A DNA stretch of 64,000 nt from Epithemia pelagica (GCA_946965045.2 OX337233.1:3534001-3598000); one strand, 5' to 3'; counted from the first letter of the stretch, positions 10,693 to 22,486 are shown. A program made the numbers and translations. Notes: a model not told the origin generated them from the letters alone.

Positions 10693-11385
10693 TTAACTGA
10701 GGACTGCTTGAAAAAGTGCCAATTCTTCTTGATTCAATTCTTCTTCAATCAGAAATCGTTTCGAGGCAATGTCGGAAGCCAACGATGAGACGGTTCGAGG
10801 TAATGACATGCGATGGTCCGGGGAGATCACCATCCACAAGCGGATCAGGACATATCCCTGGTTTGAAAGGAAGATCCCATGGCTTGGGCCAAGGCATGAG
10901 CTACTATAGTCGTCGTCGTTGTCGTCATTGTGGCCGTATGCGACAATCCGGAATCGCTGGTACGACTTGTGGCGGTTGGAACAAAGCGACAAAACTCGCG
11001 GGGGCACAACCCTTGCACGCACTGCGTCCGTTGAGGATCTTGCGCAATATAAAGGACAGGTTTTCCGGACGGTCGGCTACCAGGGGTGCCAATGGATCCA
11101 AGGAGTCGCGCCCTCAACTTGAGCGGTGGAGTACGTTATGGTCTCGTATACTTTGGCCTGAACTGTGTCGGTTTGAGTGGTGGTCGTTGCCATTGACGAA
11201 GAAGCAGCAGCTGCTACCGACAGCATTGGTGGTTCTCATCGGTGTCGGAGGTTGCCCGGGGTCCAAGACAACAACAGCGGACACCAGGCTTCCACGGAAT
11301 TCGACTCGTGTGGCATGGCTTGTGCTTGCACCAAGAGTTGACTACGAACGGTTTCATCTTACAACTCACTGGATGCTGAGGGTGA
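10693..11385 (-). pseudogene. Arrestin-like remnant, unit 2 (3' third only)
   Basis: Encodes the shared C-terminus (SDIASKRFLIEEELNQEELALFQAVLS); its 5' side abuts the 3' flank of kelch copy 3, so the arrestin 5' part is deleted. Confidence 0.8.
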
Positions 11386-11489
11386 GACGGCCGGTGCCAA
11401 CAGAGTCATTCCTTGGCCCTGTTCGCAAGGCCATTGGTCTTGTTTCCAAAAATCGAAACCACCAAGCGCAGCAAATCTTCTACCAACTA

Positions 11490-12644
11490 TCAACAGAGCT
11501 CTGGTCGGACAGGGGCCTTGCCCAGAGCCATTAATCCAGCAAAACACAACGAGTTCTTGTCTGTAAGACACAGTGTTTCACCCGAATCTTCATATTCATA
11601 AACACCAATCGTTACAATTCCACTTGAAACGGCAACCACGCCACAGCCATCCCTTCCGAGTCTAAGTGCTGGTAGATGCGATACAATGTTGCGATGCGTG
11701 TCCATGATCTCCACATAACGTGAGCACTTAACTGGATCGAGTGTCTCTACTCCTCCTACTACAACAAGGCACGGTCCCATTTTGACCACACCAGGGTTCA
11801 CTCGAGGAGTGTCAAGAATGAGATTCTTGTGAATCGTCCAGAAATTCTTTGATACCATAGCCATGGTAGATGTTTGACTTTTGGGTTCTTCTCCCATCCA
11901 GTCATGAAATTCAAGATACTCCACAGAATTAAGGTACTCTTTTCCCAACTGCCCGCCCAATACATAAATACGTTGACCAATCACAGCCATTCCAGGGCCA
12001 CTTCGACGAATATTCAACTTATTTCTGCAAAACATGACGCATTGACTTTCGGATGAGAGTGTGTCAAGAATATTGACTGATGAGAGTTCAATTCCATGGT
12101 ACCCGCCCGCCACAACAATGAATCTTTCGTGTACAGCGACCGCGGCTAAATAACATCGTTTGCTGGACAAACGACAATCCAACGTCGTCCATTTATTCTT
12201 TTCAATTCCCTCATATGATGACGGACAAAGCAAGTCCGAAACATCAATCTTTTCAATTGTATCCAACAGTTCTGCATTTTCGTTTTGTCCGCCAATGGCG
12301 TAAACAGCCCCATTGCATACCACAGCTGCATGATAAGCTCGTGCTTCGTTCATTGATGGCCCTGCTTGCCAGACCTTAGTATCATCGTCAACATTCAAAC
12401 GAAAAGTGGAATTTGTGCTATATCCATTATAGATCCAACACCATCTCTCGTATCCTCCCAATACAACCACAGTCTGTTCTTGAGTCTGGACGGGGTGATT
12501 GACAACAACTGATGCGAATCCATGGCGGTGTCGTCCCACCAATGGAGGCCATTCAGATGTCCGCCACTTTGGTTCTTCTTGACTGCTGGCATCGACGCTA
12601 ACAAAAGCCAGTTCGGATAACTGCGCTGGTTGGTGGACGTTCAT
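11490..12644 (-). CDS. Kelch-repeat protein, copy 3 (most divergent)
   Basis: Kelch motifs (VVVLGG, VYAIGG, IVVAGG, IYVLGG, LVVVGG); probable ATG 12644 (MNVHQP). Confidence 0.85.
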   Translation of the reverse strand: MNVHQPAQLSELAFVSVDASSQEEPKWRTSEWPPLVGRHRHGFASVVVNHPVQTQEQTVVVLGGYERWCWIYNGYSTNSTFRLNVDDDTKVWQAGPSMNEARAYHAAVVCNGAVYAIGGQNENAELLDTIEKIDVSDLLCPSSYEGIEKNKWTTLDCRLSSKRCYLAAVAVHERFIVVAGGYHGIELSSVNILDTLSSESQCVMFCRNKLNIRRSGPGMAVIGQRIYVLGGQLGKEYLNSVEYLEFHDWMGEEPKSQTSTMAMVSKNFWTIHKNLILDTPRVNPGVVKMGPCLVVVGGVETLDPVKCSRYVEIMDTHRNIVSHLPALRLGRDGCGVVAVSSGIVTIGVYEYEDSGETLCLTDKNSLCFAGLMALGKAPVRPELC

Positions 12645-12919
12645 TGTCCTTCTCTTCCATTGTCCTTCTCTTCCTCTTTGGTTCTGTTTGTTCGTCGTAA
12701 TAGAAGAGCGCGACTGAGGAAAATGTTGGCCAGAAGCCACAGACAGATCCGAAATAGGAGTACGAAAGAGCTATGTACTCTATGTACTACAAATCAACTC
12801 ATACAACCACCAGGAGCTCGGTGAAACCTCCAAACTCCAAACGCGACGAACGAAACGACAAAAACCGACACCATGTACAATTTTTCCTAAAAAGGAAGAG
12901 GAGAAAGAAAGTATCCTTA

Positions 12920-14390
12920 TTAACCCTGGACTGCTTGAAAAACGGCCCATTCGTTCGGATTCAATTCTTCTTCAATCATGGATCATTCTTTGCGAGGCAA
13001 TCTCAGACCCCAAGAATGAAATGGTTCGGATCAACACAAGGAAGTCGATCCGGGTGGGAGACCATCCACAGAAACAGACCAAGACATGTACAGTTTCAAA
13101 GAACGACCCGATATTGCTTGGGCCAAGGAATGAGCTACTGTCGTCGTGGCGATTTGGGACGCATCCTCGACGGTACGGCGACTCGTCGTAGACGATAGTG
13201 TGTGGCTGGAACCAAGTGACAAAAAACAATCCTTGGACTCGTTGCGTCCGCAGCGAATCTTGCAGCAGAATGGGCAAGTGTTCCCGGACCATTATAGGGT
13301 TATCCATGGATCCAGGCACGCAGCGGCCGCTTGGGCAAAAGCAGCGACCGTCGTCTGTCTTTGTGGCCGCTAGGACATGTTTCGGCGTGCCTTGCGGCGA
13401 TCATGGTAGTTATGGCCGTCGACGTGGAAGCTCATCATGGTGCAGGACGAGGTGCCAAGACCACGACCGATTCCAAAGGTGGAGAAGGGTGTGGCACTGC
13501 TGCTGTACCACCCGACGTGTGATGACGGACACGACCAAACAATGCTGCACTTGCAACAATCAACCGGCAAAGGTTTGGTGGGCATGACGAGGAAATTTGA
13601 AAGTAAAGACAAGACTGGCACGATCTTCTTCTTGTAACAAAGCTTGATGCGTAGAACTATTGGAACTTTTGGAAGCTGCCATCCAGTGCGCATATGGTGA
13701 CGATTGTCGTTGTTCGGCCAGAGTTTTGAGTACGCTGGCCATCGGCTCGTTCGGAATGCCACGTGACTCGTTCGATCCACTTTGACACTGTGTTATATTT
13801 CACGTTGAGTTTGTGCCGATATTTGGCTGCGTGTTCCGTCGGCTCGTTCCGAATGCCACGTGACTCGTTCCATCCACTTGGCACTACTGTAGTCGACATT
13901 GAGTTTGCTTTGATTCTCGCCCCCAGACTCGCACATGGGCAGCAAGGCCACGGAACATCTGCTGGACCATCTCAAGGCAACGCATGTGTCCCTGACTCCA
14001 AAACCGACGTGAAGTGATTGGAAAAATGGTGTCACGGTGCGAATCGGTATGAGGCTGACCATGGCAATCCCTTTATGGTCCATTTGAGATCATGGCGTAA
14101 AATGGAATCGTTGTCGAAAAAGTTTGAGGCCCGGTATAGGAACCATCACATGGGTCGTCGTCCAGGTTGAACAACCTCGGCCGTGAACTTTGTACCGACG
14201 CCGTCGTCCCACGCGTCGTCGTCGTCGATCGTATTCCAAAAAATACGAGGAACAACGGCAATCTCCCATCGTTCGACACCGTGCAACGACTGGCATTGCA
14301 CAAGCGTCCCATACACAAGTAGACTGGACCGACAACACAATCGTGCGGGTCCAACCGAACCGCAATTTGGAAGGAAGCTTTGGTTGCCCT
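12920..14390 (-). pseudogene. Arrestin-like pseudogene, unit 3 (near full length)
   Basis: Collinear with the intact copy from FQIAVRLD to the stop. ATG lost (AAGAAGGGC vs AAGAATGGGC), multiple frameshifts, internal ~97-bp duplication. Confidence 0.8.
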
Positions 14391-15081
14391 TCTTGCGGCA
14401 CTTTTCAAGTCGAGCCAGGCCTATCCTGGACTTTGGCAACAACACAAAACAACAACTGTTCCAGACGGTTGGTGTGGATTTTAGAGGATCTGGTTGGCCG
14501 GGTAGCAATCCCAAGGTTCAAACAGCCTTGTTAGAATGACTCCCAACATCCAGGTACCTCATCGGCGATCCGTTCCAAATGAACCGCCTTTGGAAGAGTC
14601 CTCGACGCAACCACAAACACCGCGGAGCCATAGTACCATGATGACTGCCAATCAAAAGGGTGTGGTTGTCGACCAATCGTAGTCGTCTCTTGCTTCGAGA
14701 AAGGCAGCCAAACTCTAGGCAGACGAGTATTGGTCTATAGAGTCCCATGGCCGTGGACGAGAGAACACACACAGGTGTGCTGTCGACAGATCTCCTGGTC
14801 CTCCGCCATGACGTTCATTGTCAAGCGTTCGTCCTCTGCGATCTTTACCACGACTAAAAAGCGTCCACATTTTGATCCCTGACTCACTCCCGCGCGCGCG
14901 CCCCACCTTCGAGTCGCACGTGAGACGCCACACCCATGCAACACGTCACCGGAGTGCCAAACCAACTGCACACAGTCAATCTCCAGATCGGATGATGACA
15001 CCCGACACCAAATCAGCAACCACCAGCAACAACGACAGTACCTCCCATTGAATCCATAGTATAGAAACAATCTTACGAACC

Positions 15082-15812
15082 ATGAGATCTTGTGTTGCGG
15101 TTTTGGCTCTTGTCTGGGGATCGGCTTCGGCCTTTGATGTTCCGGCACCAGCATCAGTGAGTGAAACGGGATGGATTGGAGATGATGATGATGATGATGT
15201 GTGGTATCTTTGCCGTCTTGAACACGACGACGACGACCGACCGATCGACCATCACCATGACCCTATGATTCGTTGAGTGTATTGGAATCCTCACGTTTGT
15301 TTGTGTGTGCGTCTGTGTATTTACCTTGTGTTTCATTCTAGACCACTGGTCGACGTGCCTTTTTTTCGCAGGTTGCCACGGGCGTGGCCAGTGTCGGTGT
15401 CGTGGCCACGGTGGCGCCCATCAGCCCTGCCCTTGCGGCGGAAATTGAAGTTCCGGTGCAAGCGACCGAGTACGAATTCCCGACGGATTGGGGTTTGACA
15501 TACAAGTACGAAGACGATGCCGCTCGTGTGCGCAAGCACATGGTGATTGCCACTGGTTTGGCCAAGGGGTCCACCAATATGGAAGATTTTGGCAAAAACA
15601 TGAAAAAGGAAATGGTCGACTTTGTGTCCTATTACCGTCGGTTTCCCAAGGTGGCGGGCAAACCCAGTTTTAGTACCCTCTACACCTCCATCAATGTCTT
15701 GGCCGGACATTACACCTCGTATGGATTCAAGTACCCTCTGCCCGAAAAGCGTCGCAAGCGTTTGTATCAGGAATACAACGAAATTGAAAAGTCGCTCCGA
15801 CGTGGTCGTTAA
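15082..15812 (+). CDS. psb27: Photosystem II assembly factor Psb27, 2 exons: 15082-15156 and 15342-15812
   Basis: DFVSYYRR...SFSTLYTSINVLAGHYTSYG..PLPEKRRKRL is the Psb27 signature. Exon 1 encodes a signal peptide ending ASA-F. GTGAGT donor at 15157 and TTCTAG acceptor at 15341 join in frame to TTGRRAFF (twin-arginine motif). Confidence 0.88.
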
Positions 15813-16600
15813 AGAGGGACCACCACAAAACTAGCACTCAATACTATTATGGGAGTACGTTCACTCTTTCTCGCACAGTTTGCTGATTCCGCAGCCTTCA
15901 ACGCTCCGCCTACACTATAATATAACGTTGTCATAGTCGTACACACGCCTCTCTCTCTCTTTTGTTGGTCCAATTTGTGGTATGGAATCCATCGACACAC
16001 GATTGCTATACCCAAATATCCGCAAGGAGGATGGAACAGTTTCATACGGTTCCCTGTTGATTGGTTGCTTCGTTCCCAACCAGCCCCGGTTCCCATCGCT
16101 AACTCTCTCTCTCTCTTGTAGAGAGAGAGTCGGAGCACGAGTCACCAAAAAAGAGTCGTGCTTCTCTCAGAACAGGTTGTTGTTGTTGTGGATTGGGTTC
16201 CTCGTCTCGCCTGCCGCTCCGTAGTTCGAGTCGAACCATCGAGTCGAACCAACGAGTCCTCCTGTGGAAAAAAGGTTTGGCTATAATGCATTCCGACCGA
16301 TCGACTTTGATTTCTCCCAATTGGGTTCCTCATCCAGGCCTCATGATCTTGCCATCCCCTACAAAGTTGATCTCTCGGACTTGCCATATAGGTGGAGAGG
16401 AAATCTATGTGAAAGCTATTCCAACTATGGTCTCATTAGTGAGATAGAGGGCATAGAGTTGAAGTTTTGTGAGAAGTCTTTTGCGTGTGGGCTCGCGCGT
16501 CTCTCCCTCCACAACATTTCAAAGTTTCTCTCGTCTCACAATGACACAGAAAAGTCGTTGGTCGGCAACCACCATGGTGGTCCATTCTAGGAGTAATAAC

Positions 16601-18136
16601 ATGACTGTGAGAGTGTTGGTTCCAGCCGCCCTCGTTGTGTGGCTCGCAACCTGTGTGGGACCAGCACGGGGGTTCTTGTTGGTGCCACGCACACCACCAG
16701 CAGTATTGTTGGGTGCTCCTACCAAGCATTCTTTCCTTCGACAAGGAGGACAACCACAACCACACGGAGGATGCCACACCCCGTTGCAGTTGGCATGGAA
16801 CGAGCCACCAGAAGAAGAATCCTCCTCCTCGGATCATACGGCCCAAGAACAAGAACCAGCACCACTCCGTGATATCTACCTGGTACCTTGGGATGGGTGT
16901 CTAATGCATCAAACGAATCGCCTCCGCGCATTGGGCTTGCAAGCGGCCATTTCCGTCTGGCCGGAACTCCAAGTCTTGACGCGTCATGCCGATCTGTCCT
17001 GGTTGGTCAACAAACTCGATGCCTTGCAACACGTCTTGGGACCGCCATTGTTGTGCCAAGACAACCCGTACCATCCGGCCGTCGAATATGCCATGGCCAT
17101 TCGCCTGCTGTTGGAAGAACAAGAATTGGATGAGGGAAACTCCAATGGCAGTACCGGCAAGTATGGGTCCAAGTTTCATCCGTCCGCCAATGATACGGCC
17201 TATAGTGATTTTGAACAGCCAGCACAAGGGCAACGACGACGACGACAACGGCCCTTGACGGTGGGAGAAATTGCCGTCAATTGGAAAGACACGCTGCGGG
17301 AAGCGGCGTGGATGAGGTATGCTCGCGAAGAAGAAAGCAACGAAAATCCCTTGGAGTTGTTGCACCAAGCCGTCCTGGAACACGACCTCGTCTCCTCCTA
17401 CAACAATCCTACTGGCCAATCATCATCGTCATTATCCTATGCGGAGGACCAGCCGCCGCCGAATGGCGACTGGACCCTGGCGGATCCGACCCTGGAGGCA
17501 CTCTTGAGCGCATCATCGTCCCCGGTGATTGTCGGAGTCTATCACGAATCGGACTTGGCGGCGGCCAAGGCATCGATTCGGCAACACCTGACGACCAACG
17601 ACAACGACGAAGACGACAGTGGGCCTCCGCGTGTCGTGGTCCAGTGCGAGGACATGAAGGAAGCCGTCCGTCAAGTCGGCAATGGCCATTTGCCCTTGGT
17701 GTGTCTAGAGTCGTCCACATCGTCGTATCACTCCTTGTTGCAACACGCTCCCGACCAGTGTACGGTCCACATTTTGGAATCCTATTGGTCTCGCCTACAC
17801 GATCTTGTCGGGCCCTTGTTTGGAGACCACATTCCTCGACGATTGCCACCCCAGGAGGATGATGAGGATGCTGCTACCACTACCACCAAAAGAAGAAGAA
17901 GAACCAATGGCTTGATTGGAAGCAGTGTCGTACCCGGACGCTTCTTGGAGCTGTGTTTGTGCGAATGGGCCAGTCATCCCAATGGCATTTCCTCGGCCAC
18001 CATGAATGCCTGGACGACCACCGTGACGACACGGGAATGGCTCGAGGAACTACAAGTATTGCAAGGTGCCCTGCCTTCTGCTGCTGTCAGCCAAAACCAG
18101 AATGCACTGGACCCTGCCGGTACAAGTCGACGATAA
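16601..18136 (+). CDS. Hypothetical protein, probably plastid-targeted, weak HAD-like N-terminal domain
   Basis: Long open ORF with a hydrophobic signal ending ARG-F. YLVPWDGCL...AAISVWPEL and AIRLLLEE recall the DFDGV.CDS...WP HAD-like family, with the first Asp replaced. Confidence 0.55.
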   Translation: MTVRVLVPAALVVWLATCVGPARGFLLVPRTPPAVLLGAPTKHSFLRQGGQPQPHGGCHTPLQLAWNEPPEEESSSSDHTAQEQEPAPLRDIYLVPWDGCLMHQTNRLRALGLQAAISVWPELQVLTRHADLSWLVNKLDALQHVLGPPLLCQDNPYHPAVEYAMAIRLLLEEQELDEGNSNGSTGKYGSKFHPSANDTAYSDFEQPAQGQRRRRQRPLTVGEIAVNWKDTLREAAWMRYAREEESNENPLELLHQAVLEHDLVSSYNNPTGQSSSSLSYAEDQPPPNGDWTLADPTLEALLSASSSPVIVGVYHESDLAAAKASIRQHLTTNDNDEDDSGPPRVVVQCEDMKEAVRQVGNGHLPLVCLESSTSSYHSLLQHAPDQCTVHILESYWSRLHDLVGPLFGDHIPRRLPPQEDDEDAATTTTKRRRRTNGLIGSSVVPGRFLELCLCEWASHPNGISSATMNAWTTTVTTREWLEELQVLQGALPSAAVSQNQNALDPAGTSRR

Positions 18137-18570
18137 CTACTTTGAACACATCATTGCTGGGTTACGAGTATTGGCATGCGATCAGAACCCTTGGAACAAT
18201 GGCCCCGCATTGTTATATATATGGAAGAATAGATCGGTACAAGCTAAAGGGTCGTTGTAACAGTTAATAATGATACTATACGTTTTATGTAAGTGCTGAT
18301 GCTTCATGGGAATCGACATTGGTGGTTGGGTTCCGCAATCCATCCCAGTCGCACACACAGGAATATAATAAATCTCACAATATGATAATGATGATAATGG
18401 TGTAGAGGTGGTGGTGGTAATGATTGATATCGAACAAGTGGTCTCGTTTCGAATCGGTGTACAGAAAAAGGTAGTGCGCTTCATGAGGTCCCTGCTGCTG
18501 CAAAAAGCAGATGCCGTCATTGATTTAGTCAGTTATTCATTCATTTCATCCCAGGAATGAAAGAGTGTGT

Positions 18571-19695
18571 TTATCGTTGACCAATTTGAACATCAATACG
18601 GGCACGATCTTCAAGACCCAGACTGTACGGTGTTTCATATCCAGTCAGACTTTGTCCGTTGAAACTGAATTTGAGATTTTCTTGACTCAACCCCTTGCGT
18701 TCGGAAAAGACGGTAAAGACAATGCGGAGGGTACTTCTGTATCGCAAGGAAAAGTAGGTTTCTTCACCCGAGTTGGTATCACGCAGGAAAATGGTAATGG
18801 GATCGTTGCCACTGGGAGACTTGGGCGATCGCTTCATGGCCGCCGCACCACCGGTACCAGGTGTGCCATTGTTGCCGCCGCCCGTGCTGTTGTAATTGCG
18901 CGCTTGACGCGGTGGAGAGGATGGACGACTGACAATGGGCGTGTTTTCATCGTCCGAGGAGGCCACCAAGGATCGGCCTCGCGGAGACATGGACAAGTCT
19001 CGATCCGTCGTTTGAGGAACGGCGTGTTGTTGTTGTTGTTGGCCGTGTCCACCACTCAAGGCATTGCTCGCCATGGCAACAATGCCTGCCACGGGAAGTC
19101 GCCCACGTGGTGTGCTTTGAGCCAAACCTTGCGAGGCACCGCCATGATGGTACATGTTGTGTTCTTCGGCATCAATGGCACCACCACCACCACTGGCACC
19201 ATCATCGGCATTGCCAAATTCCCAAACTTCGGGATCCAAATCGGCACCGTATCGTGCTTGAAAGGCAATCTTGGTCGTCTTGACACGGTCGACCGTGGCC
19301 CGTTCGTTCAAGCCAGCATCGGGATCATGGCCAATGACGCGGCCAAACAAGAGGAAACAATCGTCCGTGTAATTGAGATTGTCCAATAAGTGTTGTTCCC
19401 ACATTTGTTGAATGGCAAGGGGTGCCGTCAATTTGGTGGCCTGCCAATCGTTCATGACGGATTTGAGTTCCATAAACTGACGATAGCCTTTGAGGGTGCG
19501 TTCGGCAAAGTTTTGTTTCCAGCCCAAGACTCGCATACAACGTTCGACCAAGGGCGTCGCACCGCGTGTGAGGGGAGGGTCGTGTTTGCGATTCACTTCC
19601 CACCATTTTTCAATCTTGTCTTCCTTGGACGTCGACGCCGTGGCGCCCGGCAACCAAATGCCGCTTTCACTCATTGCAGGATTCGAACTCATCAT
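18571..19695 (-). CDS. GRDP-like domain protein with C-terminal SUMO/Rad60-like ubiquitin-fold domain
   Basis: GYRQFMELK...APLAIQQMWEQHLL....YTDDC..LFGRVIGHDP fits the GRDP-like pattern. The C-terminal ITIFLRD...YFSL...TL..VF..F.ERKGL....LKF.FNGQ.L...ETP..LGLED...IDV is SUMO-like. Confidence 0.7.
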   Translation of the reverse strand: MMSSNPAMSESGIWLPGATASTSKEDKIEKWWEVNRKHDPPLTRGATPLVERCMRVLGWKQNFAERTLKGYRQFMELKSVMNDWQATKLTAPLAIQQMWEQHLLDNLNYTDDCFLLFGRVIGHDPDAGLNERATVDRVKTTKIAFQARYGADLDPEVWEFGNADDGASGGGGAIDAEEHNMYHHGGASQGLAQSTPRGRLPVAGIVAMASNALSGGHGQQQQQHAVPQTTDRDLSMSPRGRSLVASSDDENTPIVSRPSSPPRQARNYNSTGGGNNGTPGTGGAAAMKRSPKSPSGNDPITIFLRDTNSGEETYFSLRYRSTLRIVFTVFSERKGLSQENLKFSFNGQSLTGYETPYSLGLEDRARIDVQIGQR

Positions 19696-20270
19696 GGATA
19701 TATCTTTACCAAATAATACTATTTCAGGTCCGTCGTTCGTTGTTTGATCTCGTTTCGCTCGCTCGTTCACTTTGGATTGTTGTTGTTGTTATATTTCAAA
19801 CTCTTGACCACAACCAACACTCTTGTTTCGACCAGCGAAGAAAATGGGCCGCTGAATTCTCCAAAAAAGTGAGCAGCCAAAGGTAGCCCACCGTCGGCGA
19901 TTGGACGGCGATCCAGACTCGTTCCGTTCACTTATGGAAGGAGGTGCCAGGTAGTCTTGCGTGCCTTTTGCGTCCTAAGTACTATCGGATTACGCGCCTG
20001 CATCTCTACTCGCAAAATTTTTCCAGCGATGCGCGCGGGGGGAGGTGCGTTTTCGTCCTCACGCTCACAGACTGTCGTGCACCTCGGGCACGGCGAGTCC
20101 CGAGCAAGAGGGACTCAAAACCGGGACCCGGATCGGTACGACTCGAGGTCCATCATCGAGACTCGGTTTTGGTGAACCTCTCGTCGTCTTCTTCTTCTCC
20201 TCCTTTGGATCCACAAATAAGAGAACAACAACCTCAAACCACAACCTTTCCGAACAGAACAGCAGCAAGA

Positions 20271-22121
20271 ATGGGCAATAAACCCTTCAAGATTGCCGTT
20301 CAATTGGACCAGCAAGAATGTGAGGCCGGTCAAGTGATTACGGGTAAGGTGTACTTGTCCATTGGACGATTGTGCGATGCCAGTAGCTTTCGAGGCATTC
20401 ACTTGTTGTTGCACGGTGTCGAACGATCGGATATTGCTGCTGCTCCTGGTACTTTGGAATACGATCGACGACGACGAGCGGGGCGACCCTTTGTGGAAAC
20501 ATCGTCGCATACCATTGTCCATGTCGATTATCCCCTTGTGGACTTGACGGGCATTTCAAGAGGTCAATACGAATATCCCTTTCAATTACCGCTACGAGAC
20601 GATCTTCCAGCCTCCGTGAAATGTGCACTGGGTGATCGAGACAAGAGTTTTTGTGAAATCAAGTACACCTTGACGGCCTATGTGGTCCATACCGGACCTC
20701 AAAATTCCGACAATGATTCCATTTTACGCCATGATCTCAAATTGACCATGAAAGGATTGCCCTCGAATCCTATTGTGGGTCTGAAACCCATTCGTACCGA
20801 TACGACCATTTTTCCAATCACCTCCTGTTGGTTTTGGAGTCAAGGACACATTGCCTTGGGATGGTCCAGCAGTTGTTCCGTGGCTTTGCCCGGCGACAAT
20901 GTCCATGTGCGAGTCTGGGGCGAGAATCAAAGCAAACTCAATGTCGAATATATCAGTGTCAAGTGGATGGAACGAGTCACGTGGCATTCGGAACGAGCCG
21001 ATGGACAGCGCAGCCAAAAATCGGCACCACGATTGTTGGCCGAACAACGACAATCGCCGCAACATGCGCACTGGATGGCCGGCGAAGATAGTACTAGTTT
21101 GAGTAGCGGTCGTTCGACGCATCAAGCTCTATTACATGACGACGATCGTCCCAGCATGGTCTTTACCCTCAAACTTCCTCGTCATGCCCGTCAAACCTTT
21201 ACCGGTCGCTTGTTGCAAGTGCAGCATTATCTGGTCGTCTCCGTCCATACATCGGGTGGATACAGCAGCAGTACGCCCGAATCCACCTTTCCGGTTTCCA
21301 TTCGAACACGGCATCGTACGAGCACTCCCTCGGCTGCTGCTGCACCTACCGCCACGGCAAACGCCGTCCCCACGTCTTCCACCGCCGTGTCACCGTCGGC
21401 ACCCAGTGATTTGTACGACACGGAACAAGAACCCTTGGTGCAAGCGCATGCCCTGCCAGAAGATTGGAATCCCACACAAGCAGATTTGATTTCCTTACCC
21501 TTGGCGTCCGCCGTAGTGGTCATGGACCCCATCCCCGTGACACCTCCAAGGACGACGACAACAACACGAACAACCGCCGAACCGGTTGTCGTCTTGGCGC
21601 CTCCTGCAGCAGCAGCAGCTTCTGCCGCTGCTTCTTTGTCAACGACCACCCCTCAGAACGACCCGGTGCGGGCCAAAGTCGTATCCGAGACCACAACGTC
21701 GTCGTCGGAGGAACCACAAAAACAGGATTCGCTGGATCAGTTGGCCACGTTGGTGGCCGACTGTCCCGAAAATTTGGCCGTCATTTTGCAAGATCCTCAA
21801 TGGACACAACGCGTGCAAGGCTTGTCTCCCCGTGAATTTTGTCACTTTGTCCAAACCACGACGACGACAAGTCGTACCGGCGATGCCTTGTCGTCGCAAA
21901 CAACAACGACTATGGTAACTCATGCCTTGGCGGAAGCCATGGGATCTTCCTTTCAAACCAAACATATCTTGGCTTGTTTATGGATGGTCTCCCCGGACCA
22001 TCGCATGTCATTACTTCGGACTGTTTCACCGTTTGCTTCCGACATTGCCTCGAAACGATTTCTGATTGAAGAAGAATTGAATCAAGAAGAATTGACAGTG
22101 TTTCAAGCAGTCCTCAGTTAA
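20271..22121 (+). CDS. Alpha-arrestin-like protein (only intact copy, unit 4)
   Basis: Arrestin-N hallmarks: KIAVQLD..ECEAGQVITGKV and GQYEYPFQLPLRDDLPAS...CEIKYTLTAYV. A second arrestin-like domain and a Pro/Thr-rich tail with PSAP follow. ATG at 20271 (MGNK). Confidence 0.8.
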   Translation: MGNKPFKIAVQLDQQECEAGQVITGKVYLSIGRLCDASSFRGIHLLLHGVERSDIAAAPGTLEYDRRRRAGRPFVETSSHTIVHVDYPLVDLTGISRGQYEYPFQLPLRDDLPASVKCALGDRDKSFCEIKYTLTAYVVHTGPQNSDNDSILRHDLKLTMKGLPSNPIVGLKPIRTDTTIFPITSCWFWSQGHIALGWSSSCSVALPGDNVHVRVWGENQSKLNVEYISVKWMERVTWHSERADGQRSQKSAPRLLAEQRQSPQHAHWMAGEDSTSLSSGRSTHQALLHDDDRPSMVFTLKLPRHARQTFTGRLLQVQHYLVVSVHTSGGYSSSTPESTFPVSIRTRHRTSTPSAAAAPTATANAVPTSSTAVSPSAPSDLYDTEQEPLVQAHALPEDWNPTQADLISLPLASAVVVMDPIPVTPPRTTTTTRTTAEPVVVLAPPAAAAASAAASLSTTTPQNDPVRAKVVSETTTSSSEEPQKQDSLDQLATLVADCPENLAVILQDPQWTQRVQGLSPREFCHFVQTTTTTSRTGDALSSQTTTTMVTHALAEAMGSSFQTKHILACLWMVSPDHRMSLLRTVSPFASDIASKRFLIEEELNQEELTVFQAVLS

Positions 22122-22486
22122 GAATAGTAATCCTTGGGACCTGTAGAATAGAATGCAAAGTGCTTTGGCTTGCCTTTCTCTTTTAACTGAGAAAGGGTGC
22201 TATAATTGTCTTTCTTTCCCCTAATATAGACCGCGGATGGTTCACTGGATATGGAATAGATCCGTCCGTGGCCATTCCTGTGACGGTGAGGGACCTTGCA
22301 CCTTCGCCCGGCGATAGTCATTTCAAAACAAAACACTTAACAATCACCTATGGGACTTGGATTGGGCTTATGTCTTATGGCCGTTTGGCGCCATGCGAAC
22401 ACCGACTGATCAGATGCACCGCATCACATCATCATCTATTCTTTCTCAATTCTCACCGAGAACAAAAAAGCGAAGCGAAAGGGACA

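Noticed and set aside
16100-16130. (CT)n-TGT-(AG)n hairpin
   Set aside because: A simple microsatellite juxtaposition with no further support as a terminator or RNA gene.
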